Positions 8,047-16,789 of a stretch of 28,474 nt of DNA are shown piece after piece. Source of the DNA: a virus (Duplodnaviria; Caudoviricetes); the IMG/VR virus record IMGVR_UViG_3300037350_000024, positions 1 through 28,474 of that record; one strand, 5' to 3'. The notes below the pieces were generated by a model, which worked only from the letters and a program-made list of their open reading frames with translations, made no database searches and was not told the DNA's origin. Every line of letters begins with the position of its first letter. Within the stretch, counting starts at the first letter, position 1. Made by a program: the position numbers and the translations under genes.

Positions 8047-10238
8047 ACGCCCACCTTTTCACGACGCCGCGCAGGCTCGCGCGTGGCCTCGTGTAGCCGT
8101 CGCAGGGCCTCAGCCAGTTGCGGAGGGGTTGGTGGTGGCTGTGGTGGCTCCTCACCAGCAGGCGTGACGATGGGCTGCCCGATATCGGCCTTGATCTGCA
8201 CTTTGGCTGGCTCGGGCATGATTTCCTTGGTGCGGTCGGGGTCGTACTCCCCGTCTGGGAACTGCTTGTCGGCTATCGCGTCGCCTTCGGGGATGCCCAG
8301 AAGTTCGTACAGTTTCTTGACGCCTTCCTTCAGGTCGATGCCGACAGGCAGGCCGGCGCGGTTTCCCAACGTGATCGCGTCCACGACCGACTGGATGGCA
8401 GACGGGAGATCCATTTCACTGGTACGGTCGGTCACGTAGGTATCGGACGGGTATTGCTGCTCTGCAATCTCGTCGCCGTGTTCGATGCCTACGAGGTCGT
8501 ACAGCTTCTTGACCAGTTCCTTTTCGTCGATGCCCAGAACCTGACCACCAGCCGCGCCCAAGGTGCCAGCTTTGATCGTGGCATCCACCAGCGCCGGGAT
8601 ATCGCCCTCACGGATGGCAGGGAAGTTCACCTGGATCTCGATGTCGTTCGACTTTTCCTTGAAGGCTTCGTAGACCACTTCGCCGCGCGGGCCGCGCTTG
8701 CGAGCGCACTCGATGATGCGGACCTTGTTGCCCATGCCGATGGACTCTTGCAGCTTGTTGTTCGTGGCTCTTGATGCAACCTCCAGCATGTAGCCGACGA
8801 TCACCACGAGATCTTCGCGCCAGGCTTCCTGCTTCTCCAGGAAAATCGTCTCGGTGGGCCGATCGAGCGAAGTAGCCGTGGCCAGATTCCCGGTGCTCAC
8901 GTCGGCCAGGAAGGTTTCGGGGACGCCCGCTACCATGCAGCACATGAGCTTGTACTGGCGCACGTCGTCCGGGTTTCCTCCCGCACCCTGCGTCTTGAAG
9001 GCTTCGACGCTGGTACCCGTTCCCATGGCCACCGAAGCGCCGGGAACCGCTGGCGGGTTGCTGTCCCACAGATTGGAGTTCGGGCCTACAGTGGTCCCAA
9101 CCTGCTGCTTGATACCTTCGAGCGCCTGCTGTCCACCCTTCGTCTTCCACACCAGCGCGATTTGCATCAGGGATTGCTTGATAGATGCGCACGCCTCCAG
9201 TAGCCGCCGGGATTCTCGCGCCCAGTCCATCATCGGGAAGGCGCGCGGGCAGCCGAAGGCCCACTTGCCGACCGCGCCGCACTTGCGGTGATAGACCGGA
9301 AAGTCCCACTCGACCGGGAAACTGCGCATGGTGTCGGGTTTGACGGGCGGGTTGTATCGCAGCGCGGGATACCAGCGGTTCTGTGTCACCGTCGAAGTGT
9401 TGCCTGTGGTGGGATCGAAGTCCTTCTGCGTCCACGTTCGCAGGTAGTACCACGGCGTGTCGCTGTCCTCCGGGTTGGTGACAATTTCCTGCACCTCGGT
9501 GGCGTCGATCAGCCGCACGTTCATCTTGCCGGTGTCGGTTTTGTCCGCGAACATGCACCAGAACAGGTTGCCGTCGTAGTCCTTGCGCTTCTCCGATTCC
9601 ACGAGCGCGATCTGACCGAACACCGACTTGTTCCGCTGTAGGAAGTCTTTGATTTCGTCGTTGGCCGCCTCGTCTGATGTCGTGATCTCAACGCCGCGGG
9701 CGAACACATAGGCGGCGGACACGTCGATCAGCCGGCGCACGATGGGGTTCTTGATGTAGTAGAGCCTGCAGATGAGCATGATCTGCTGAATGCCCCAGCG
9801 CGAGAACTCCATCCACGAGATGTTGATTTCCCTGCGCCACTCGATGTTCTGCAGCGCCAACTCGATGTCCCCGAAAGCGCCCTGCGCCGACTCGAAGCCC
9901 TCGCGCAGCCGGGCGATCGCCGCCTCTCGCACCTTGCGGATGGGACTGGCGCACTCGGCCGCGCTGGCAAGGATGGCATCGGTGCGCTTCGCCGTCGCTG
10001 GGTTGACAGTCCACGGACCCGCGCCCGCCATCTGCTTGGCTTCCATCAGTTCGCCTACCATCGTCATGTAGGCCCCGGTAGCCTCCTGCATGGCCTGCGA
10101 CTCGGCCAGTTCAGCGAGTTTCTGTGTCAGGAATTGGTTCTGCTGGCGAAGCTCGGGGATGGGGTCAGCGGGCGGGAAACAGAACTTGCGGAGGCGACTT
10201 TCGACCGATAGCAGCCATCGGCGCAGGGCTTTCTTCAT
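8043..10238 (-). CDS. Portal protein, 731 aa, with C-terminal tandem repeat
   Basis: Lies between terL and gpF. NPIVRRLIDV..YVF, DGNLF and GVPETFLAD..GNLATATSLDRP resemble portal motifs; Pro-rich tail. Confidence 0.75.
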   Translation of the reverse strand: MKKALRRWLLSVESRLRKFCFPPADPIPELRQQNQFLTQKLAELAESQAMQEATGAYMTMVGELMEAKQMAGAGPWTVNPATAKRTDAILASAAECASPIRKVREAAIARLREGFESAQGAFGDIELALQNIEWRREINISWMEFSRWGIQQIMLICRLYYIKNPIVRRLIDVSAAYVFARGVEITTSDEAANDEIKDFLQRNKSVFGQIALVESEKRKDYDGNLFWCMFADKTDTGKMNVRLIDATEVQEIVTNPEDSDTPWYYLRTWTQKDFDPTTGNTSTVTQNRWYPALRYNPPVKPDTMRSFPVEWDFPVYHRKCGAVGKWAFGCPRAFPMMDWARESRRLLEACASIKQSLMQIALVWKTKGGQQALEGIKQQVGTTVGPNSNLWDSNPPAVPGASVAMGTGTSVEAFKTQGAGGNPDDVRQYKLMCCMVAGVPETFLADVSTGNLATATSLDRPTETIFLEKQEAWREDLVVIVGYMLEVASRATNNKLQESIGMGNKVRIIECARKRGPRGEVVYEAFKEKSNDIEIQVNFPAIREGDIPALVDATIKAGTLGAAGGQVLGIDEKELVKKLYDLVGIEHGDEIAEQQYPSDTYVTDRTSEMDLPSAIQSVVDAITLGNRAGLPVGIDLKEGVKKLYELLGIPEGDAIADKQFPDGEYDPDRTKEIMPEPAKVQIKADIGQPIVTPAGEEPPQPPPTPPQLAEALRRLHEATREPARRREKVGV
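8218..8603 (-). repeat. Two diverged 64-codon tandem repeats within the portal gene
   Basis: DIPALVDATIKAGTLG..GIDEKELVKKLYDLVGIEHGDEIAEQQYP..Y..DRT versus DLPSAIQSVVDAITLG..GIDLKEGVKKLYELLGIPEGDAIADKQFP..Y..DRT; period 192 nt. Confidence 0.9.
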
Positions 10239-10245
10239 AGCCGAA

Positions 10246-10254
10246 AGTGTAGCA
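10246..10254 (-). promoter_or_regulatory. Extended -10 promoter for the portal operon (leaderless)
   Basis: TGC-TACACT, 7 nt before the ATG at 10238; no SD. Confidence 0.5.
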
Positions 10255-10280
10255 CCGCTATGTGAGGAAACGCTCTAAAG

Positions 10281-10442
10281 CTATTGGACGGCTGCTCCGA
10301 AGACCTTCCATCCAATCGTGGCGAACAGCAGGAATTCCAGCAAGCTGCTGGTCCACCACGGCCTACCTGGGGCGGCATTTACCCACCAGGAGTTGAGCAT
10401 CCACAGGAGCATCAGGACCCAGAAAAGAATACCAAGCGGCAT
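10281..10442 (-). CDS. Small two-TM membrane protein, 53 aa (not in the ORF track)
   Basis: MPLGILFWVLMLLWMLNSWW...LLEFLLFATIGWKVFGAAVQ*; SD GGAGG. Confidence 0.75.
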   Translation of the reverse strand: MPLGILFWVLMLLWMLNSWWVNAAPGRPWWTSSLLEFLLFATIGWKVFGAAVQ

Positions 10443-10465
10443 GTTGCCTCCGGTTCAAGTGTACG

Positions 10466-11170
10466 CTAAGTCAACGGCTGGAGCTTCAACGGGCCGCCGT
10501 GCTGGAACCTGCTGTCAGGTGAGAACAGGTCACCGATCACCATGTGTCGGTAGAAGTTCTCCTGCTTGTTGCCGGGGTCCTGCTGGTTGTACCACTCGTA
10601 CTTGCGGATGCGGTCCTCACGGTGTAGGTAGCCCAAGTGCAGCAGTTCCACGTCGGGGTAGATACACGACTTCCATAGCGCTTGGGGTACGTTGCCACAG
10701 TGGAAGCCTGGAGCGTGCCCCAGGAACTTCGCGCCGCTGATCGGACGGAACATACTCTGGCGCCGGAAGTCGCCATACACGCCGTCAACGCGCACCTGGT
10801 CCTCACGGTCCCATAGATACTTAACCTTGAAACTCATGCACTGCTTTGGGGTGTATAGGCTTTCCTTGATTGCAGAGACGGACTCTGGACGGAGTACTTC
10901 ATCACCATCACACGAGAGAATCCAATCCGGCTTTACCGTCCGCTTCATGATTTGCTCAAGCAGCCAGCACTTATCCCTGGCCTCGTTAAGGCCCTGAAAC
11001 GGCGTGAGGTAAACGGCGGTGTTCGGCAAGGAATCGCAAATTGCAGCGGTATCATCAGTCGAGCCGTCGTCCATCACTACTACGGAATGGCAGATAGGCA
11101 AAATGGACTCAATCACCCGGCGAATCCATCGGGCTTCGTTCTTCACGCGCAGCATCCCGACGACGTTCAC
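10466..11170 (-). CDS. Glycosyltransferase family 2 (GT-A)
   Basis: MLRVKNE, VVMDDGSTDDT, WILSCDGDE (DxD), LLHLGY motifs. Confidence 0.9.
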   Translation of the reverse strand: MNVVGMLRVKNEARWIRRVIESILPICHSVVVMDDGSTDDTAAICDSLPNTAVYLTPFQGLNEARDKCWLLEQIMKRTVKPDWILSCDGDEVLRPESVSAIKESLYTPKQCMSFKVKYLWDREDQVRVDGVYGDFRRQSMFRPISGAKFLGHAPGFHCGNVPQALWKSCIYPDVELLHLGYLHREDRIRKYEWYNQQDPGNKQENFYRHMVIGDLFSPDSRFQHGGPLKLQPLT

Positions 11171-11508
11171 AACTTATCCTCAAGCTCTAACGCGGCCATC
11201 CCGATCAGTTTCTTAGCTAACTCGGTTTGCGCCGCACATAAAAGCCTGCATGCCTCGATACAGAATATGAGCGCTCTGTTGGTCTCGTAGTGGGAAACGC
11301 CGATGTCAAACTTACCGCCTTCGTCTTCGTGGTGGATGAAGTCTACCGCATATCTCGACGCCTCGGAATACAGCACATTCGGATTTTTTAGCTGCTCATC
11401 AGAAAGATCGATTCCTCCGCATCCATCCCCCGGCGCCTCAGGACGATAGTTTGCCATCATAGCCATCGCAAAATAAGCTTCGATTAACCGCGCTCGCTCG
11501 CTTTTCAT
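11167..11508 (-). CDS. Hypothetical protein, 113 aa
   Basis: 4-nt stop/start overlaps at both ends; start set to MKSERAR at 11508. Confidence 0.65.
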   Translation of the reverse strand: MKSERARLIEAYFAMAMMANYRPEAPGDGCGGIDLSDEQLKNPNVLYSEASRYAVDFIHHEDEGGKFDIGVSHYETNRALIFCIEACRLLCAAQTELAKKLIGMAALELEDKL

Positions 11509-12254
11509 CCGACTATTTCCTCCAGCCGTTTCCGCCTGCACTGATACTCCGCGATGGCCGTCTCGTGCTGCGCGTTGTCGCCCTTGCCCTTCCACGCTGC
11601 GTGCCAGTGGAAGCCCATCAGCGGAGACTCGTAGATATTACCGGCAATCGTCTTGATGCGCATACCAGTCTGGTGTACCGCCATCGGCAGAGCGATCTGG
11701 TCTCGCGTGCAGCCGACTTGGAATTCCCGCCACCAGCACTCGTTGAAGTCACGCACGGCGGGCGTGTGCCGCCTGATGATCAGCCCGCCAGCCCACAGGC
11801 CCTCAGGTGCACCCATGTGCTTCCATCGAGCCCGCTGGTCCAGCAGCACGTTCGGGTCGAGCCCTGGCAACTCGTCGCGCTCGTGAAGGTTGAGTAGCAC
11901 AGTGGACTCCTCCCCGATGTGTTTGCGGCACGGATGAGCGTACATGGCGATATCGGCGTCCTTCAGCCAGCAGTCGATGATCTGCGCGGGAGTGGCGTTC
12001 AAAGTGAAGTTCGCGTCGCACCAAATGGAATAGTCGGCTTGGAAATTGAGGTGTGGCAGGATCTTTGGTATCCGTGCGTTTCTGGCCGCTGACGGCGAAG
12101 GCACATATGCTGGCTGGATCTCCCATGGGGCACAGCGCTCAATGGGGCGGTCTGCGAAGCACACGTACTGAGCATTGCGGTCGATAACTCCTGGCGGCCG
12201 CAGGTAGTCGTGATCGCCCAGGATGCAGGTGTAGACGACGATGCGGCGACTCAC
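11505..12254 (-). CDS. DUF616 / MUCI70-TOD1-like glycosyltransferase-domain protein
   Basis: IVVYTCILGDHD.L..P, YVCFAD, R.PKILPH, YSIWCDAN, HPCR, RDQ motifs. Confidence 0.8.
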   Translation of the reverse strand: MSRRIVVYTCILGDHDYLRPPGVIDRNAQYVCFADRPIERCAPWEIQPAYVPSPSAARNARIPKILPHLNFQADYSIWCDANFTLNATPAQIIDCWLKDADIAMYAHPCRKHIGEESTVLLNLHERDELPGLDPNVLLDQRARWKHMGAPEGLWAGGLIIRRHTPAVRDFNECWWREFQVGCTRDQIALPMAVHQTGMRIKTIAGNIYESPLMGFHWHAAWKGKGDNAQHETAIAEYQCRRKRLEEIVG

Positions 12255-13303
12255 CAGCCCTCCCTAATCACGCCACAGATTCGGTCCACGTCATCAGCCT
12301 GCATTCCCATGTGGAGTGGGAGCACCAAGTACTTGTCCTCGATGGCGTCCATGTTGGGAAACTGCCCGCGCACCACACCGCCACCGAACACGCCATACCG
12401 ATCGTTCCGGTAGTGGACCTGATCCGATTCAATCCCGCGCTCTGCCAGTTTGCGGCGAAGATCTTCACGGCGTTCGACTAGCACCGTCATCAGCCAGCAG
12501 GCGGAATCGGGGTCGCAGTCGATAACAGATATGCCGTGAATGCGCGAGAGCCGATCGGCATATTGATCACGCAGCGCCCGCCGATGCGCGATCTGTTCGT
12601 GCAGCGACTCCAGCCCGGCAATCCCCATGGCTGCTGCAATGTCCGTCATCTGGTACTTGTACCCGACTTCGGTGATGTCGTTCGCCCATGTGCCCGCGAG
12701 CTTCGCCTTGCGGTCGATTCCGAACCAGCGGCGCCGGCGCGCTTCGTCGGCCTGCTCCTTGGGAAGCACCAGCATCCCACCATCGCCAGTGGTCACGTGC
12801 TTGACGGCCTGGAAGCTGAAGCAGGTATACATGTCCAGCGGGTCAGCGGGCGTTAGGTTCTGCGCCTTGTCCTTCACGTGCGCATGGATGCCGCACGGCT
12901 TGCCGCCGTAGTCCACAGCTACCCATTTGGCCTCCGGGTGAGCCATCTGCGCAGCGTAGAGCTCCTTTCGGGACATGTTCAGGCTGCCCGGCTCCACGTC
13001 GCAGAAGTGCAGCTTCGCCCCGATCCACAGCAGCGGGATATTCGTCGCCGTGCATGTGAACAGCGGGCAGATCACGTCGTCGCCAGCCTTGATGCCGGCC
13101 AGCAGGTAAGCCAGGTGCAGCGCCGACGTGCAGGAGTTGGTGGCGACTGCGGCATAGCCGGGAGGAGCGAAGCGCTCGGCAAAGATGGCCTCGAAGCGGT
13201 CTACCTTTTCGCCCTGTCCAATCCACCGCGTCTTGAGCGTGTCAGCAACACCAGCCCGCATGGCGTCGGTAATGTACGGGACCATGAGCGGGATGTGCTT
13301 CAT
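12251..13303 (-). CDS. DegT/DnrJ/EryC1/StrS-family PLP-dependent sugar aminotransferase, 350 aa
   Basis: NSCTSALHLA, GDDVI.P.FT..AT, FSFQAVKHVTTGDGG (Schiff-base Lys), GYKYQMTDI.AA.G, LVLPLH. Start at the ATGA overlap, 13303. Confidence 0.93.
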   Translation of the reverse strand: MKHIPLMVPYITDAMRAGVADTLKTRWIGQGEKVDRFEAIFAERFAPPGYAAVATNSCTSALHLAYLLAGIKAGDDVICPLFTCTATNIPLLWIGAKLHFCDVEPGSLNMSRKELYAAQMAHPEAKWVAVDYGGKPCGIHAHVKDKAQNLTPADPLDMYTCFSFQAVKHVTTGDGGMLVLPKEQADEARRRRWFGIDRKAKLAGTWANDITEVGYKYQMTDIAAAMGIAGLESLHEQIAHRRALRDQYADRLSRIHGISVIDCDPDSACWLMTVLVERREDLRRKLAERGIESDQVHYRNDRYGVFGGGVVRGQFPNMDAIEDKYLVLPLHMGMQADDVDRICGVIREGW

Positions 13304-13656
13304 ATGCTCAACACACCTTCCACGATGGCACTGAACTCTGGGAGCACCGCTGTTCCATCGGCTCGCGCCCACAAGTGCAGACAGTGCGGGTGGATATTGA
13401 CGTACTTATCAGTCGGTGGCATCACCGCATAGGCGTATCGGTCTCCGAGAAACGCAGCCTTCACCTTGCAGGTATCGGCGTGCGTGGGCGTCCATGACTT
13501 CCGCGAATAGGAGACGTGAACCCATTCATTGCCGTCCGCTTTCACCTCGCAGTCCACTAGCACACGCAAACCGCCAGACTCACGATATGCCCATCCATCG
13601 CCCCAGCGGGTGTAGGCTTCCCAGCCTTTCGGCGTCTCGAAAATCCACTCTCTCAC
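13300..13656 (-). CDS. Conserved phage hypothetical protein, 118 aa
   Basis: WVHVSYSR..PT...VK..F...PP...YVNIHPHCLHLW pattern seen in a recurrent phage family of unknown function; GTG start overlaps the upstream stop. Confidence 0.75.
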   Translation of the reverse strand: MREWIFETPKGWEAYTRWGDGWAYRESGGLRVLVDCEVKADGNEWVHVSYSRKSWTPTHADTCKVKAAFLGDRYAYAVMPPTDKYVNIHPHCLHLWARADGTAVLPEFSAIVEGVLSI

Positions 13657-13931
13657 TTGCCCTGCCTCCGTATCGCGGTCCTCACCCACTCTTCTCGGCT
13701 GTCCTCTGCGCAGCCCGCGGTCTTGCACGTCACCTCGAAGTTGCGGAACCCGACGATGGATATCTGCGCCACCTCGGGTTTGCGTGTGCCCACCGTGCGG
13801 CGTCGGCAGCCGTCGGGGTGCGTGTCGTCGCAAGGCATCGGCTTCACGTCGGCGGTCAGTTGGTAGTCGCGTCCGTCCACCGTGACGTGCTCAACCCCTG
13901 AAATCATCATGAACAGCAGCAGCGTTTTCAT
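13653..13931 (-). CDS. Hypothetical protein, 92 aa
   Basis: 4-nt overlaps at both ends; hydrophobic N-terminus; four Cys. Confidence 0.6.
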   Translation of the reverse strand: MKTLLLFMMISGVEHVTVDGRDYQLTADVKPMPCDDTHPDGCRRRTVGTRKPEVAQISIVGFRNFEVTCKTAGCAEDSREEWVRTAIRRQGK

Positions 13932-14704
13932 AACGGATATTTCTCCAAGCCCGCATTAAAACTCGCGGGAATCGCCCAGTTGTTGCTGATCAGCCCCCTC
14001 TCGCCTTCCAGGATCCACCGTGACACGCGGTAGTAGTCCGACAGGTATGCGATGCGATCCACCAGCTTGTTATCGCAGAAGAACTTTCGCAGCGGGTCCC
14101 CAATCGCGTTCCAGGCCATCAGAGCCTCAAAGTCTTTCGGGGTGTCTGTCAGCCCTTCGCGATTGAGAGACAGCGGCGGGATCGGGATGCGGCCGCCCAG
14201 CATGTCGAGCAGTTCGCGTGTCCAGAACTCGAAACTGCCGCGCACGTAGCCTTTAGGCGCGTTGGGGAATCGGCCGTTTGCGATCATCAACCAATCATCT
14301 ATGCCGTTTTCCCGGCATGCCCACATTGGATCTTGCAGCCAGTCGAACACGTTCACGCCCGGCCGGAAGTACGTATCGTCGTGGCAGTTCAGAATCACAT
14401 CGTACTTGCGGTAGTCGTGGCACTCCAGCCACTGGTTGAAGAACGTCCAGTCGCCGGAAGTGTTGGGCGCATCCTGGTAGGACCAGTCGAGCCACTCGAT
14501 ATCCTCCACCTTCATGTCATCGCGGTACATATCGCGGTCTATGTCGCCCAAAGCACCCACAGGTAAGCACGATTTTTCTCCCCACGAATCCATGGGGGAT
14601 CGATGGGCCACCACGAACAGATCGGCACCGCCGGCCAAGCGGGGGATGCGGCGAAACGGATGGGAGGGGAAGTGCCAGCCGCCTAAAATTACCGCGAGCG
14701 TCAC
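13928..14704 (-). CDS. Divergent GT-A-like protein, 258 aa
   Basis: N-terminal beta strand LAVILGG, N..GDW..FN, YDVILNCHDDTYF (DxD-equivalent), RGSF; sits among GT genes. GTG start at 14704. Confidence 0.6.
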   Translation of the reverse strand: MTLAVILGGWHFPSHPFRRIPRLAGGADLFVVAHRSPMDSWGEKSCLPVGALGDIDRDMYRDDMKVEDIEWLDWSYQDAPNTSGDWTFFNQWLECHDYRKYDVILNCHDDTYFRPGVNVFDWLQDPMWACRENGIDDWLMIANGRFPNAPKGYVRGSFEFWTRELLDMLGGRIPIPPLSLNREGLTDTPKDFEALMAWNAIGDPLRKFFCDNKLVDRIAYLSDYYRVSRWILEGERGLISNNWAIPASFNAGLEKYPL

Positions 14705-14814
14705 GGTCGAGCCTGCCTTTCTATTGACTCCCGAAGCGCCTGCAGTTCCTTCAAGACCTGGCGCAGTAAATCTGCGATAGTGTCCAGCGTTGCACCTGGC
14801 TCCCAAAGGCTCAC
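14701..14814 (-). CDS. 37-aa coiled-coil-like peptide (not in the ORF track)
   Basis: MSLWEPGATLDTIADLLRQVLKELQALRESIERQARP*; GTGA overlaps at both ends. Confidence 0.6.
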   Translation of the reverse strand: MSLWEPGATLDTIADLLRQVLKELQALRESIERQARP

Positions 14815-15266
14815 GGTCGCGCCTCCAGCCGGAAATCTCTTGACGGCACGTGATGCTGCGCGGGCAGGATCTCCACGCGCGTGAAGCCAGCGGCCTTGAC
14901 AGCTTCGGTCAGCGAGTCAGGCGTGTAGGCCCATCGGTTCATGTGCAGAGGTTCACGGTGCTCTGGGTCTCCGAATACATGCGGAATTGTCCAATGCGCG
15001 TGGTGATAGTCGCACTGCTCAAGCACCAACACTCCATCCGGCCGCTGCACAGCCCAGTACAACTCCTTCAGCACGCGCTCGCCGTCCCATGGGTATAGCG
15101 ACGTGATCCCGTGCACCCACTCAATTTCATCCCACTTCGTGAGCCACACGTCTGGCGGCAATGGCGGTATCGTCGCCACGATGTCAGGCTTGTTCGCTGG
15201 GTTCGCGTCCAGCGTCGTCCAGCCCTCGGGATGGTGGATGCCAGACATCAGCAGCAGGCGCTTCAT
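14811..15266 (-). CDS. Divergent class I SAM-methyltransferase-like protein, 151 aa
   Basis: Layout parallels 16786..17235 (LLLMSG..GWTTLD..PDIVA..DEI..H..VLKELY..PDGVLVL..AYT..SL...AGF), but motif I and HxLEH are altered. Confidence 0.6.
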   Translation of the reverse strand: MKRLLLMSGIHHPEGWTTLDANPANKPDIVATIPPLPPDVWLTKWDEIEWVHGITSLYPWDGERVLKELYWAVQRPDGVLVLEQCDYHHAHWTIPHVFGDPEHREPLHMNRWAYTPDSLTEAVKAAGFTRVEILPAQHHVPSRDFRLEARP

Positions 15267-16015
15267 GCGATTCCCCACTTTTCCTTGAACAGCGCGTAGT
15301 TCTTATCGAAACGTTTGGGTGCCCTCGGGTCACCGCGGAACGTGCTTGTCAGGCTGCCGTGATCCACAAAGCAGCCGTCGTGCACTGCAACCTTGAGCCC
15401 GGCGCGGGTCACGGCCTCACAGTAATCGCGGTCTTCCACTCCGTAATCCAAGCAGTACCGTTCGTCCAGCAGTCCGACAGCTTCAATCGTCCGGCGCGGG
15501 ATCAGCACGCAAACGAAGGCGATGTGCGGCACGATGCGCAGGCCGTACTTGGGATCGCCTCGATATCCCCCAGATCGCGTCTGCAGTGGCTGTCCGGTCA
15601 CGTTGGTGACTGCCCCGATGATGCCAACTTCGGGGCGATTCAACGCGGCCTTCTGCAACAACTGGAAGCCTCCGGGCGACTCCAGCAGCGCATCGTCGTT
15701 CAGGATTACCACGTCGCTGTCACCTGCCGCGCGGATGCCGATGTTCACGTTCCTGGCGAAGACGAAGGGCTTGGCTCCTTCAACGAAAGTGATGTGCCGC
15801 TCGTACTGCACCTCGACATCGACCACGCAATCCAATCCGTCGTCCACCACGATCACCCGGCAGTCCGGCTCGTGCTTGCGCAGCGCGGTCAAACATTGGA
15901 CCAAATTGCTGGCAGATTTGGAAGGTATGATGACGACCGGGTTAGGCATATTTCCAAGCCTTTCCTGTGGCGATCTGGCGTTACGACTGGGGATGATTAC
16001 GGTCGGCAAGTTCAT
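15263..16015 (-). CDS. Glycosyltransferase family 2 (rhamnosyltransferase-like subtype); alternative start at 15949
   Basis: VIIPS, VIVVDDG, FARNVNIG, VVILNDDA, FVCVLI.R..E.VGLLDE.Y...G.ED.DYC, VDH motifs. Confidence 0.92.
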   Translation of the reverse strand: MNLPTVIIPSRNARSPQERLGNMPNPVVIIPSKSASNLVQCLTALRKHEPDCRVIVVDDGLDCVVDVEVQYERHITFVEGAKPFVFARNVNIGIRAAGDSDVVILNDDALLESPGGFQLLQKAALNRPEVGIIGAVTNVTGQPLQTRSGGYRGDPKYGLRIVPHIAFVCVLIPRRTIEAVGLLDERYCLDYGVEDRDYCEAVTRAGLKVAVHDGCFVDHGSLTSTFRGDPRAPKRFDKNYALFKEKWGIA

Positions 16016-16425
16016 TGCATCCAACTCACGCAGCCGTCGGTAGCGCACCGTCCCCACAGGTGGCCATTGACGCTAGCGACAGAATAGTGAAGAGTCCCCT
16101 TGCAGATTGGACAAGCCATCGTGGACTGGCCGCCATGGCCCTTTTTTAGACCCTTTATCTTTGCGTCAGATTGCGCCGCCAACATGGCAGTGATTCCATC
16201 GGACATCTTGCAGTAGTCGCGCTCGGCATCTTCTTTCGATGGGATAGCGGCCTTCAGTTCTTCAAGGGTCCAATCCAAAAGCTTGGCTATTGGCTCCAGT
16301 ACGGAATCAGGGGGGCACTCAATGCCTCGCTCTATTCGCGACATAACGACGGTTCCAAGGTTGGCGGCACGTGCCAGTTCACCCAGGGCCATGTCTTTGC
16401 TGCGCCTACGTTCTGTGATTGTCAC
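16012..16425 (-). CDS. XRE-family HTH protein with C-terminal Zn-ribbon-like domain
   Basis: R.SKDMALGELARAA...MSRIERG..PP...IAKLL; CPICKG...H..G.C....C. Confidence 0.8.
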   Translation of the reverse strand: MTITERRRSKDMALGELARAANLGTVVMSRIERGIECPPDSVLEPIAKLLDWTLEELKAAIPSKEDAERDYCKMSDGITAMLAAQSDAKIKGLKKGHGGQSTMACPICKGTLHYSVASVNGHLWGRCATDGCVSWMQ

Positions 16426-16574
16426 TTCATCGCCTCGATTGCCGCGCGGTAATTGGCGGCGTTGTCTGCGTCAAGTTCGGCAAGCACTCGCAGCGCGTTC
16501 TGCGCTGTCAGTCGCCAGACCAGCACCTGAACGTCGTGCTTCACCTTATCTACAACTGCCTCGAAGGGGTTCAT
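16422..16574 (-). CDS. 50-aa hypothetical protein (not in the ORF track)
   Basis: MNPFEAVVDKVKHD...AAIEAMK*; 4-nt overlaps at both ends. Confidence 0.6.
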   Translation of the reverse strand: MNPFEAVVDKVKHDVQVLVWRLTAQNALRVLAELDADNAANYRAAIEAMK

Positions 16575-16789
16575 CTAACGCGCTTCTTTTTCTTAACTGG
16601 CTTTCCAGTTGCAATCAATTCCACAAGAAGTCTCTGGTGGTGCTGAGTTGGTGCAGATACTTCTATGCCCATCACAAAACACTTAAACTGAATGCCACCA
16701 GCAATCAGAAAGATCTTTGATTTTCTTTCGAACGCTCTGTCGAGGGCATCCTCTAGTGGGTACTGGGCGTCCATCACCTCTTGAATCAT
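16571..16789 (-). CDS. 72-aa hypothetical protein
   Basis: ATGA-coupled start MIQEVMD; basic tail. Confidence 0.55.
   Translation of the reverse strand: MIQEVMDAQYPLEDALDRAFERKSKIFLIAGGIQFKCFVMGIEVSAPTQHHQRLLVELIATGKPVKKKKRVR

Noticed and set aside
8608-9558. 316-aa same-strand alternative-frame ORF inside the portal gene
   Set aside because: Arg/Gly/Ala-rich composition typical of an off-frame read; no motifs.
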